Positions 22,909 to 40,100 of a stretch of DNA of 64,000 nt are shown one piece after another. Source of the stretch: Zygnema circumcarinatum SAG 698-1b (lineage: Eukaryota; Plantae; Zygnematophyceae); contig CM074811.1 in NCBI GenBank assembly GCA_037447605.1, positions 1 through 64,000 of the forward strand. Reading direction: 5' to 3'. How positions within the stretch are numbered: position 1 is the first letter of the stretch; the number at the start of each line of letters is the position of its first letter. Both the position numbers and the translations under genes were made by a program. The notes under the pieces are model-generated. The model searched no databases. It saw nothing but the letters and a program-made list of their open reading frames with translations, and had not been told where the DNA came from.

Positions 22909-25900
22909 TTAGAGTAAAAAACCAGGCCGAAGGCCTCTTTTCAATTTATGACCTTCCGCAAGACCTGTCTGTACGTCCTTCGCGCTAGCACTACCACTTC
23001 CTCCTTCCCTGCCAGCACTCTGTTCGTCCTTCCCGCTCGCCTTTCCTTTCACATCCCCATGCACCTCACTCCCTTGCGCCTTCGACAATATTCCTTTTGG
23101 CTTCTTGTTTTGGTGTTCACTTGCAGTTTGCTTTTGCTTCCCTAGACTTCCATTATCTTGAGGAAGCTGTAAACCCATAGCCCCCAAAAGATTAGAAGCA
23201 GGCCCCGGAAGACCCTGCTGGGAGGAGTACGACTCCAGTAAGCTCTTCATCAAGTTCATGTCCACATCGATGGGCCGCAAACCCGCTTTCTCTTTGATGG
23301 TCTCTGCTTTCTTCTTGCCTTTAGCTGAACAGGTGTCTTCAAAGCTCTCCCCAACTTCCGCTCTTTCAAAGCTTTTTACCAAGGTCGAAGTTCCTAACTC
23401 CGAATCCATGGCTTCTGAATACGCCTCCATGAAGGCACTCCCGTCCTCGTCTTCATCTCCATATTCACCTTTAAATTCGTCCTCACTTTCAATCACAGCA
23501 TTCTTTCCTTTTTTCCCCACTTCCCCTGCAGACTGCTGGTTCAGAGCATGCATAGTCCCTCCTGCTTCGGATTTCCGCAGAATATCCCCACCTTTGCTTC
23601 CTTTTACTCCCCACGTAACGGGGGCGCTTCCAGAAGGTTCTGGTACTTCGTCAAGAGTAAGTCTGTTTCTCTGCCCAAGTGCTTCCATTCGTCCCACCTT
23701 ACTTGACGAGATCTTACCCCCACTTGCATTCGAATGTGATTGCCAGCCTCTCTCAGGCATGCTGGACTCCCCTCTTCGCAAGTCCTTCTGTGGCGTTGTG
23801 TTCATCATTGCTGGAGCTCCTGTCTCTTTCCAGTCGGATAACTCGTCGTCCGTCTCATCACTTCGGATTGTATTCCACTCATCCTCTGGATTAAAAAGTC
23901 CCATCGCATCGAAATCAATGGTCACTGAACTCCTACCTTTCAGCAGCTTTTGGACGACTCCAGTGTCCAACTACCAACTTCGACAAAGAACCCGGCTCAT
24001 GCCATGACCCACTCCCTTACCCTCCATTGCCAAGGAAAACAGAACGGCATGATGAAGAAAAGCAGCAAGCACGTCAACTTACCCGAGTCAGAAATTGACA
24101 TTTCTGATTCATTATCGGATATTTGAGAACGTGCAGAAACTCCAGTGGCTTCCTCCAGATGTTGCATAAAGCGCTTCACGTCGAATGCAATTGGAGAATC
24201 GCAATTGCTAGTCGCTTCATTCTTGTCACTGCAAATTTCTCAGTTCATATCATTTCAAAAAACTTTTCAACATACCACAGGCTCCTCTTTAGCGACTTAA
24301 GGCACGTTGCAATTAACTCCAAGAAGAGCATTCAGAAAGATCCTGAACGCGCGCATATCCTCAAAAACAGAAACAGGCATCAAGGACCTGGATTTCTCTG
24401 ACAACGTCAGCACCCAGACGAGAAGTATCATCATCGTACAGAGGAATCTCACGGCCTGCTATCACTATATAATCAAACCAAGCACGTACAGTTATTTTTG
24501 AGAAGCAAAAAAAGTTTAAATTACTTATTAAAATTCCAATGGGAGCAGGATTATAAATTCCAAGGGAGACCATTGCAAAAGGCCTTCCACAGAAGCGAAA
24601 ATCCAGACAACCAAGTTAGTTAATGTTTGATGTGCGTACTTGGATCGTGGAACCTCGGCTCCTTCAAAACTCGACATTTTGTCAACAAAGGCTCGCATAC
24701 TCTTCACAACTTCTGCAGGGTCGAACTCTACTTCATTCTCCTCTTCTCCTTCGTCTCTCATCTCTCGCTTTTCCGGTGTCAAAGTTTTCCGCCCTCCCAC
24801 GTCATTATTTTGTGCCTTCTGTTTTGCTCGCTTTGCTTCGTAGTCCTCCATTTCTTTCTGCCTTTCCACCATTTCTCTGGTCAGATCTTCCTCTCCAGTG
24901 TACAGCCAGCGATCGTCATCTGATTCGCGAAGGTTAGAAGTCGGATAGTCCTCAACGGACGCCTCCATCGACAAGATCTCATCGATTCTCTGAAATGGTG
25001 CGCGGACGGCTTTGCTGTAGTCCCGGGTGCGATTAACGGCAAAGAAGAAGAAGCAAAGGCACAGAGTATGGTCAGCTTGCACGTATACTTTGGATGTTTC
25101 AGATTTGTTTTGTCCAACCAGCACTGCAACAAGGCAATACACCACATGCATGGAGAGAACAGCAACCGTGAAAAGCTTGAACAGTCTCGAAAGAACAACC
25201 TGACATGAACAAATGTTTCTGTTTTGTGATACATCTCCAACGCCGTCCTCATCAATTTGCGGTGATCCACTGATCCTTCGAGCAATCCTCGGAAGTACCC
25301 AGTCCTTTCCAAATTACTTCGGAAACGTTCCCATCCGGGATCACCCACTGGAAATTTGAAAACTTTTCTCCCATTGCCTTCGTCCTCCCGAACCCCAGTG
25401 CCTATTGGCTCCATTCTTTCTCTGGCTTCCCTCATATCCCGTGTTTCATCTGCTGTCCCAGTTCCTCTCTGCCTATCACTATCTCCCTCAGCCTCCTCAG
25501 AGTCCTCGAACATTTCCTTTTTCGAATATAATATTTCAAATCCACATGCAAGTTTCATTCCAAGTTCCGCTGCTCGAAATGACTTTTCTGAAGGAAGTGG
25601 CATGGGATATCCCTTTGGAGGATGGAAGGACTGCTGACTAAGCTGGGCGTACATGGCCCGGTTGAACTGCACCATCACATCTACCATGGTCCGTTCCCGA
25701 CCGAGCCGCCTGTCGTTTTCTCTTAAACCTTCACCAGTACTGAGAGGAACGCTTGGGAAAAATTTCGCCATTTTTACAGCAGCCTTCATATCATCCACGT
25801 CTCGCAAATAAAAGGCGTCGACTGCAAGAGCTACTAACTGTGGTTCATACCGCAGTATCTGAAATCACAGAAAATGGACAAAAAAAAGACTTTCAGACCA

Positions 25901-27726
25901 GCATTGCTCGGGAGATACTGATGATGTTTCATTTGCACGCGGAACATTGGCCCTCACCGAACAGGAAAGAAAAAAACATAAATCCTAAGAGCTAAGGGAA
26001 GCCCGCGAAGAAGGACCGACCTGGGCAACACGGATGGGCACTCGACACCTGGCAGTGTGCATGCTCTCCCGGGCTCTTTCCGGATATCCCGCAACGCGCC
26101 GCTGAATGGCGCTCTGTATTCTGCTGTTTGCAATTGTGTTTATGGTCGCCGTGCGCACAATTTGGAGCGCTTCTGCGAGTGAGGGACATGAGGGAATGCT
26201 CGAAAATTCGATTGAAGATGATGGCTTGGGAATGATGCGAACCGTACCCTAAGTTCATGTTCACGATGAAATTGTATTAAGGAACTTCAGAAGTGAATGC
26301 TTGAAATCAGGCGCTTAAACCTTGAAGAAAGTAGCGAGACTCTACCGAACAAAGTTTTCTGTCAAAGACGTATTTACTTTCAACCAGTGCGTGCTCAACT
26401 GTTCTTTTGCTATGAGAAGCGCCTTCAATCACCTTCAGCTTCAACAGCTCATCTTTCGCATTTTCGAGTGTACAATGCAATAAAGTGAAACCCTATAGTG
26501 TAAGTTAGCAACAATGAGAGAAACAATGTACATTTTTTGGTCTTGACCGCCCATGTTGCCAATATCAAATGTAACAAAATGCTTTTCACGAATTATTCGC
26601 AGACTCACCTGACGAATGAAAACACGGTTGCGGCTGCTTGCCGGATCTAGCCACTTAGGAAGCGCAAAGGCGGCCTCTATGAGCAGAAACTGTCCGTCAG
26701 AGTCGCGGACAGCTGCCAACACAGCAATTGAAACATAGAAAGGTTGAAACAGCGTTAAAAAGGAAAACCAAAGCATTTCGTTCGTTTAACAAACAGGACG
26801 ATGACTCAATCATGTGTTTGTCAAATCACCCAGTATGAGGGAAAGCACCCTCTTCCCCTCCTTCGAGATTTTTCCTTATTGGGAGATGTGGCAATATGAT
26901 CCGATCTGACTCATCTGTTCGCTAAATGGCCCTGAGTTCCAACGTTCAGTGTCTGACATGCAAAGACCGGAACAACTACCACGGGCATGATGCTCTTAAC
27001 TCGTGCTTTCCAACTTAATTCTAAGAAGCCCTAGTACAGTAAGACCCGTCAATAATGTACAAATGTGTGGAATAACATTGATGTACATAAAGCTAGTATT
27101 GAAGTACATACAGCAATAAAAATGGCATTTAATGCAAGAAAAAGTCTCCTACACAGAAGATGGAGGGGCCGCACATCGCCTTCCACGTCAGACTCGTTGC
27201 ATCCTCATACCGCAGAACGATCGTGCGATTCAAGAACGAGCCCAAAAAGCGTTTCCCAGCCACAGCGCAGCCCTTGCAAGCACTCACCAATGCTCAGATG
27301 CGGAAGCTGCTTCGATATCTCGAGCAATATCCACGTTATGAACCACTCGTCTTCCACGTTGTCGCCAATGAGGGTCTTCCCATAAAGGTGGGGTAAATCA
27401 ACGGCTCTCGTGCTTCTCTGTCTTCCCTGCGAGAGGAGGCCATCCGCATAGCCGCGCTCCTCCTCGTCCCGCTCGTCGACTTCCCGCCATCCACCCCCTT
27501 CTGCTCCTCTGCGCACTGCGCTCAGTCGGAAGCCCTCCTTCTGCCACGTGTAGCCCTGTGTATGCACTGCTGCTGCACCCAGGCACGCCAGTCGAAGAGG
27601 CTCCAGCGCAGCGTGTGCGTCAGCGTCCTCCGCGCCGTGGAGGGAGTCCGGGAAGACGGCGTACTCCATCCAGTCCTGGCCGGCTGCCTCCCTGCTGCCG
27701 CCAGCGAGCGCCGAGTGGAATTCCAT
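22909..27726 (-). CDS. ECD: Ecdysoneless (ECD / hSGT1) homologue, 7 exons
   Basis: Exons 27726-27288, 26712-26609, 26248-26021, 25858-25200, 25014-24640, 24207-24083, 23885-22909. Motifs: GDNVEDEWFITWIL, DSDGQFLLIEAA, RNRVFIR, GYPERA, VxFNRAMYAQL, ELGMKLACGFEILY, SDDDRWL, DMNLMKSLLESYSSQQGLPGPASNLLG. Confidence 0.93.
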
Positions 27727-27835
27727 GGCGACGGCTACTTCCACGCCCTGCCGAGTGCCGAGTGCCGAGTGCCGAGAGCCGAGAGCCGTCTGAGAGCCGG
27801 AGGGCAGGGCGCTGTGGGGAGGGCAGGGCGCTGTG

Positions 27836-28002
27836 GGCAGGGCTGGGCAGGGCAGGGCAGGGCAGGGCAGGGCAGGGCAGGGCAGGGCAGGGCGCTGAGG
27901 GCAGGGCAGGGCAGGGTTTAGGGTTTAGATTTTAGGGTTGAGGGTTTTAGGGTGTAGGGTTTAGATTTTAGGGTTGAGGGTTTTAGGGTGTAGGGTTTAG
28001 GG
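27836..28002. repeat. (GGGCA)n array running into degenerate telomere-like repeats (TTTAGGG/TTTTAGGG), including a 36-bp unit repeated twice (27921-27992)
   Basis: Visible in sequence, 110-280 nt upstream of the ECD ATG. Confidence 0.85.
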
Positions 28003-28249
28003 CAGGGCGCCGAGGGCAGGGCAAGGCAGGCCACGGCGGCCCCAGCGCGAGGCAGCGAAGCCGAGGCCGAGACGCCGGCAAGCAGGCGGGCGGGCGCCTC
28101 GTGGTTTCACGCGCCGCACGGTACGGTACGAAGCAGTACTGTGGTCCTAAAAACTCCGCTTATGCGTCACGATATGGCACGATACACGATACGATACTAA
28201 ACGAGACAGTACGATACGGTACGATATCATACAGTACGATACGTACGGT

Positions 28250-28372
28250 CCAACATGAACTCTAACATAATAACGCCCATCTATTCGTAACACGAACCTT
28301 ATATATGCAAATTTAATATTTTCGCCTCATTTTGCCCGGAACCAGGGTGGAACATATGAGGACCCCCTACTG
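28250..28372. mobile_element. Truncated, diverged copy of the 14.6 kb MITE (one terminus, reverse orientation)
   Basis: actctaacataataacgccc...taacacgaaccttatatatgcaaatttaatattttcgcctcattttgcccggaaccagggtggaacatatgaggaccccctactg|ta aligns by eye with the reverse complement of 14645-14770. Confidence 0.6.
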
Positions 28373-29318
28373 TACTGTACAGAATTACGGAGCGGCGATT
28401 CCCGGAAAGACCTGCGAGGCGGCGAGGCCGAGTAGGGACTGGGCCCGGGCCTGAAGGCAGGCAGGGACCAGGCAGGGACCAGGCAGGGACCAGGCAGGGA
28501 GGGGACTGAGGGGAGGGGGGGACTAGGGAGGCAGCGAGTCGCTTGTGCAGTCTTCCTCTGCGCGGGCGGGCGGGCGGGCGGTTACTCGGCGGTCCTCCCA
28601 TTTGCTTGTTGAGTTTTTACGTGATGTGGTTTCTCCGTCCGGGCACAGGGAGGGAGAGATAGCTGGTTGGGTTTGCTTCTGCTACAATTTGCTTCCATTG
28701 TAGCGTAGAGGCGAGTTGCAGTGCCCATTAGCCATCTTCTCGCCACTGCTCGGTGGGTGCCTTCGCCAATCCAGCGGGAAGAATTAGCCCATTGCCGTTG
28801 GAAAGGTTTTGTATCGAAAGGGTAGTCGTGCTACGTGCCTTCAGTTGCATGAGGCTTTTTAGGACCATTTCTACCCTTATCAATTTCGTGCGGTGACCTT
28901 ACAGGGTTGCAAGACTATGGTTCATAACATTCATGAGGTGCTTGATCTTCAGCCAAATTTGGTTTGCCCAACCATTATTTGCCGCGCCAAAGGCACCAGC
29001 TATTGTAATACTCTGCGCATATAAAGGGAATGGATTCGGCATTGGTCTCACGATAGCGATGCCATCAAATGTACAAAAGTCAATACAATTCAAGATCGAT
29101 TGTGATAACACCACACAATTGAGTTGCGAGGGAATGGAAGGGGGTTCATTTTGCGTACATACGCAAACAACCTGTGGGGGGGGGGGGGGCGAGAAGTCGT
29201 TTTGGAACCAAGCTAGAACAACTTACCATTTTGAACCTGGTTTCTTATCGTACAAAATAGACTGCACGCCAAGTACGTACGCGGCACCGCATGCGTACGT
29301 CTGTTACTTTTATGAAGC

Positions 29319-33892
<4,574 letters not shown>

Positions 33893-34478
33893 GGCGCCAA
33901 AGCTCTGTGCAGCTGAGGCTCTAGCGTCTTCGCCTCCCCTCTCTGCGCTCTGAGCCTCCCCCTCGACCGCCAGAGCTTGCCAGCTCTCCCTCCTCCTGAG
34001 CCCACCCTTTGCAGCCGCAGCCCGAATGCTCTCGCCATGAGCGCTCTGCGACGCCATTAAACGAGCGCGCAAGCTCCAACACCTTCGCTGCCTCTTCTGA
34101 GAGCGAGCCTTGGCCTTGGCCTTGGCTTGACTCGTAAAGGCTCGGCGGGGCGTCGCCCGCCAGCGGACGGGCGGGCCCTCGGCCCTGACAGGGAGGGGGG
34201 CGGAGCCGGGCAGGGCTCGGAGGAGCGCTTGCGGGGCGGGGAGGGGCGGGGCGGGGCGCGAGAACTGGGAAGGGCGGGAGGGGCCGCTCGGGGGCCGCGC
34301 TGCTTCCTGCCTCTCCTCGCATGCGCGCTCTCTCGTCCTGTTCCTCCGCAGACTCCTCTGAATTTTTCTATTTTATATTCGCTCAAGCAGAAAGAGCCCA
34401 AAAAGTCTATCTGCACTCGTCTTCTTTGCTAGGTAACAAGCAGGTTGTGCGGAGCAGGAGTGAAAGTTGGAAGCAGAT

Positions 34479-36061
34479 ATGTCTGACGACAATGGGGAAG
34501 ACAATGGGGAGGTTGCTTCGACAAGTGAAGGGAGGGGGGAAGGAACAGAGGCCGCAGCAGTCGAGACTTTGTTGCAAGTGAAAGAGACTCGGGAAGAGAT
34601 GTTAGCGAGGCACAGGTGTGTATAGTCTGCCAGCAGATAAATCTGCGTGAATTAAATGTGTTTTTGACTGCGAGGACCTGGCTGTGTGTCCATGCATAAA
34701 AATAAAAATAAAGGTTCTCCCGTGCTTTCTTGTCAGCGTATTTAGAGCTTTCACACTAGTTGCTAGTGTTAACTCTTCAAAGCTTGTGAGGAAAGTTCCA
34801 ACTGGAGAGTACGAGTAATTGGAATCCAAGGGCTAGCAGCCTTAATCGTATCTACTTCTCCGTGACATGTCTGTAATACTGGTTTTTGTCTGGCTTGGAC
34901 CGTGTGTATCCCATATTGCTACCTTTCCAGCACGTCCTTTGAAGTATGAGCAGGGTCCATTATACACTACGTTAGCACTTAGACAGGTGTGCAGGGACTG
35001 TCGTTGCATGTTTCCCCGCATAGGGTTATTATAGGGACACTACATGGATGTTTTTTTATTTTCTTCTATTTTCCTTTCAGAATGTGAAAGCGGTTTTACT
35101 TTGGGGATCGGATTTGAAGAAATGATATTTGTCGTCTGACGCTTTTCATTTCTATATTTGCAATTTCAGGAAGGAGATAAAAGATTTGCAAGCCAAAGAC
35201 ATGGCCTTAAAGAAGGAAGCTGCAAAGGGGAGCAAAGCTGAGCAAAAAGCGAGAAAGAAAGCTGTAGATGAAGAGATTCAGAAGCAGGATACAAAGATGA
35301 GGGCTCGGCATTCCAAAGAGCTTGCTTCATTGGGTTTTGGCGTGGAGGAAGCTTCGCCGGTCGGGTTAAGGGCGAAGGTGAAGGAGGAAGTTGCAACTCT
35401 TGCAAGAGCAATGGCTGGCATGACTGCGGGGGTATTGGGAACTTCTGAGGGTCGAGTAAGCAAAGCACAGAAAAGGAGAGATAAGAGATTACAGCAGGAT
35501 GCAGAGAGAGACCAGCGAATAGAGGAGGAAAAAAGTGGGATGGTGAGCGAGCGTGTTGTGGAGGATCGGGTCTTGAAGGAAAAGCTGCAGCCGTTGGGTT
35601 TGACCCTGAAGGAGATAAAGCCAGACGGACATTGCCTCTACAGAGCAGTGGAAGACCAGCTGAGCTTGTCGGGGGTGCAGCGCGACTACAAGGCTGTGCG
35701 AGACATGGCCGCCACCTACATGCGAGCGCATAAAGAGGACTTTTTGCCATTTATTATCAGCGAGCATGGGGAGGAGGGGGGTCCCGGGACAGACGAAGAC
35801 CCGGAGGTGCGCTTTGAGAAGTATTGCCATCAAGTGGACGCGACGGCAGCTTGGGGGGGGCATCTAGAACTAGAGGCCCTGGCGCATGCTCTCCAACGAC
35901 ACATAACTGTCTTTGCGGCAGATTTACCGGACGTGCATGTGGGCCTGCAGTATGAGCAGCACGAGCAGGCTCCCATACGGCTGTCGTACCACAAGCACGA
36001 ATATGGCTTGGGGGAGCATTACAATTCGGTTGTGCCTCAGAGCGCGGAGTCCTCGGTGTGA
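34479..36061 (+). CDS. OTU-domain deubiquitinase, OTUD6B / plant OTU5-like
   Basis: Exons 34479-34615 and 35170-36061. EEMLARHRKEIKDLQ N-terminus, coiled coil, IKPDGHCLYRAV (catalytic Cys), WGGHLELEAL, LSYHKHEYGLGEHYNSV (His box). Confidence 0.93.
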
Positions 36062-36254
36062 GACAGCAGTATCAATATGAATGGAGCATGCTATGAGCAC
36101 AAGCTTCCTGTCCGCTGAACTGTTCTTTGTTGAGCTCTTCTGGTTGCCGCCTGCTGCTGCTGCTGCTGCTGCTGCGTCGTCACAACGCCAATTGCAGCTA
36201 TGTTTTCCGAGCTCCTTGCACGCTGTAGCCGTGTCCTTGTGGCCACGTGCTGCG

Positions 36255-36370
36255 TGGCAACAGCCTTTCCTTTCTCGTGGCCAGTCCGCAGCAAGGAAAT
36301 ATCGTGGGAGCATGGCAACAGCCTTTCCTTTCTCGTGGCCAGTCCGCAGCAAGGAAATATCGTGGGAGCA
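36255..36370. repeat. Perfect 58-bp tandem duplication in the OTU/argC 3' interval
   Basis: tggcaacagcctttcctttctcgtggccagtccgcagcaaggaaatatcgtgggagca repeated twice. Confidence 0.95.
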
Positions 36371-37145
36371 GCGCCTCGCTCAGCGAGGCCACTCCGCTCA
36401 CACCGCGAGGCTGCATCAAGGACCGGTCGTTCCCCTTCGGGATACTATACATGCCAGATGAGCCGAAACTAACCAAAAAAATGCAGTCGCGGTGCTTGTT
36501 TGAGTGCAAATGTATTCAAGCAATGGACACCTACCCATTTTGGAGCAGGATTGGGTGGTTTGGCATGAATAGTGAGCTAAAAAATTGTCAGTTTCACATT
36601 AAAGTTGATAGTGCTCAGCATTTCAGGAGCAGCACAGGGCATGCCGCTGTGCCGCTACTGACGCATGGCACAAGCCCGAACGTCAGCAGAAGCGTAAAAC
36701 CGACCACTCTTGTGCTCAGGAGAAGCACCCGGCCCAAAAATTCACACAAAGAGGGGAGAGGGCGCACTTAAAACCGCACATGTGCCTAAAATCCAGTAGT
36801 AAAGACTGTACAGACACCCCTCCCCAGCACTCCCCTACGCCTTTACGCATCCATCAGCACTCGCGCCTCCCCGCCATACGCCAATCTTCGATTTTCGCAA
36901 ATCTTGCAACTCGTCGAAAGTGCGACAAAGCAAGCCGCACCAATTGTCTCCCTAAAAACCCTTTCTCATAGACAAAACTTGTGTCTGCAGAGAACTGCAA
37001 CGGCAGGCACGGGCGGAACAGCTACAGCTACAGAGAGAGAGAAAGAGAGATGGAGAGAGAGAGAAGGGGGAGAGAGAGAGAGAGACAAGAGAGCGGAGAG
37101 TGAGAGAGAGAGAAAGCAGGGGGGCGGCGGAAGGTCGGCTGCTGC

Positions 37146-40100
37146 TCAGGGGAAGAGCGGCTGCTGCAGAAGGCCGCAGTCCTCCGGGCAACCGAGCATG
37201 AGGTTCATGTTCTGAAGCGCCTGCCCCGATGCCCCCTTCACCAGGTTGTCGATCTGCATTCCCCCTCCATTGCCAGCGCGGCCTGCCGTTAACAACGAAG
37301 CATCTACGCACTTCCTTTGAGACCAGCTGTGCATCGAGCGGTCACAACTATCTAGGCGTCAGGACACACTTCCGCCTTCAGATTCAACGTGATGCCCTTT
37401 CATGCCAAATCAAACTTAAGGTTTTCTCTCGCCTCTAAACAACCCAACTCTTTCCTACAGTGCCCTAGGTATCAAATATTGAAATCTATCTAGTCTATTA
37501 GTACTTATTTGCCTTTTGCCAACTCCAGAGCATAGTAGTCCCTGGCAGCTCCAACCAAACCACCAACAACAAACAACAAACAACCACTTCCGGCACTAAG
37601 TAGTGTTTGACCTACCACAGATGTTATGATGGCCCTCCCAGGAATGCGGTCGGGCCACACGTTGACGAGGCAGTAGTTGGAACCCCTCACATGGCGGGTG
37701 TGAGGCACAACTCCCTTAGGCAGAATCTCCACGAACTCTTCCTCCTAAAAAGGCGTGCGATTACCCACAAAGGGCAGAACCGTCAAGAAGCGCAGTCAAA
37801 GCACGCTTTGAAGCTAATGAGAGGGAGCAGATGCTTCAGTATCGAAGCACCAAGCAGCATAGGCACAAATCCAAGAGCTCAGGAAATGAATTCGCGACTT
37901 GCGTAATAATGCATTGAACTGTATCAATGGCAAACGGAAAGATTAGACATGCCAGTATCCCACATTTCCATCATCGACATGCTCCTAGGCCAGATACATA
38001 ATTTGTATCAGCCTAACTCCACTTGAACGAATCAACTGGACGAGCAAACTTACCCTGTAACGAGCTGCCAAATGATGGTGCAAATCGTCCACAGTTGTTC
38101 CCGCAGTCATCTGCACATATATAGTGGACTGCATGCCTCGGCTCTGCCACACAAAGGGGCAACGTTTTCTGTTCAATTCGGGATGAGTGTGAACCAAAGG
38201 TTGGTACATGTGATGGAACTTGCAGCTCACAGCAGTCGAAGGAGGACCATCCTCAGCTACATTCCCACACAGCCTTTTCCAAAAACAACCGCCAAGAACA
38301 GCTAGAATGAGACAACCGAAAAACACAAGCCTTACTGGCACGTCGCAAAAGACAAGGCAGCATACCATGGGAATGAGATGTGGTGTGAAGCTGACAGTGA
38401 CCTTGGTGCCGGCAAACTCGGACAGGCCCTGCTCAATCTCCGGAACTGCAGAGGCAAAGAGCGAATTATATCAGGGCAGCCCCAACTTCAAGCGCCCGCA
38501 AATGAACGAGAGCACAAACGGCCCCCGTGGCTGCCCGCACATCGCATGGTCTTTCCGGTTGAGCACAAAGGACAGCGACTCGTCCAGCTGATACAGCTAC
38601 GCTGGAAATGGCCGCAACAGGCAGCAAATGCCGTTTTCAATATTTCATATTTCATTTCGTCTTTTTTTCTTCACGTAGATTACTATCCTCTTTCAATGTC
38701 TCCCAGTAGTCGACATCACCAATCCAAAACTTCCAAAGTTAATACTAACTTACACATTTCCCATGGGCTGTCTGACAACAACAAAAATGGTTCTCACAAT
38801 GAACTGCGAGGGTTCTTCTTCGACAGATCAGATGAAACATCTTCTATCTTTTTCTTCAACTGAGGTGCAGGAGAAGGCATGTGAGAATATTGAATCTCGG
38901 AAGAAACATTCTATCGCCGCTTTGTTTTCGAAGTTTGCATTTGTTGCGAAACACTGTTCAATCTTTTTGAAATATTAGTGTTCCCTATAAGTCACAACAA
39001 GAATACCGCCATTCTCTGTCCTTAATGTGGCATATCTAAAGAAATATTCAGGTAAGGCTCAGACGACAAAAATCCTTACCATGGCGGTGATTTGTGATGC
39101 CGTAGCTGTGCATGCCTTCCGCAATTTCTGTGTACAGATTTGCTTCCTTCGCTCCGCGCCCTGCCATGCCCCAAATGAAGAATTGCCCGTTTCAGCCAGC
39201 TCTATATACATGAGGACGGCCTCTCGGAACCGCCGCTTAACACTGTTTTCGAACACCCCGAGCTGCACCGCACAACGATGGCAGTCAAGGAGTGTTGCTT
39301 CACAGCATTGGTTCAAACACTTTGGGCCCACTGCCAGCAACTTATGTGCGTGCAGTTGCAGTTAAGTTCGAGCACACACATCCGCCCAATCTGCAAAGAG
39401 GGGCTCAAGGCAGTCCCCTCCGACCCCTCTGCCTGAGGGCCTTGCGAGGAGAGGGAGGGCGGCACGCACCCGCACCGCTCACTCCAGATTTCGCATCGAT
39501 TATGATGCCCTCACATTCAATCAGTTTTTCCTGTGGCAAAAGCACCCCACGAACTCGTCGGTGCACAATGAAACGGGACACCTCACACGCTTTTGATAAC
39601 TCAAGACTTCAACTCGGGAGCATGCAGACAAAATTGTTCTTGTTCGACCAAACGCAGTTCAGCCTTGTTTCAAGTAGCGCTGTGCGAAACAGAAGCCAAT
39701 CCATGACGACGACAAGAAATGGTGATTTGAAGTCAACCTGGGTTAACACTCAACACATGAACCCGCTGTCTCACTGCATGTATTTTGAATTGAAGATTTT
39801 GGCATAGGCTTCTCGAGAGCCAATATATGCAGTTACGTGCGCATACTTCGTTGAGAAGAGCTGTGAAAAAAAAAAAACTCTTCACACTAGTGCCAGCTGG
39901 AATGACGAATTGACTAACTCACCTCCAGAAGAGGAATGAGCGGCAATTGCACAGAGGTGGGATAGCACCCGGGGTTGGCGACCTGCTTCAAACAAACAAT
40001 ATCAAAAGTCACGGGGTCCTACCTTCAGATCATTCCAGATAAGACATCGCAACAGGCACACAGATCATTTACAATCAGGTTAAGATGCAGAAAGACCCCT

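Noticed and set aside
27036-27065. TACAGTAAGACCCG pogo-like terminus in ECD intron 1
   Set aside because: No matching opposite end was found, and similarity to the 14.6 kb MITE is limited to a few bases.
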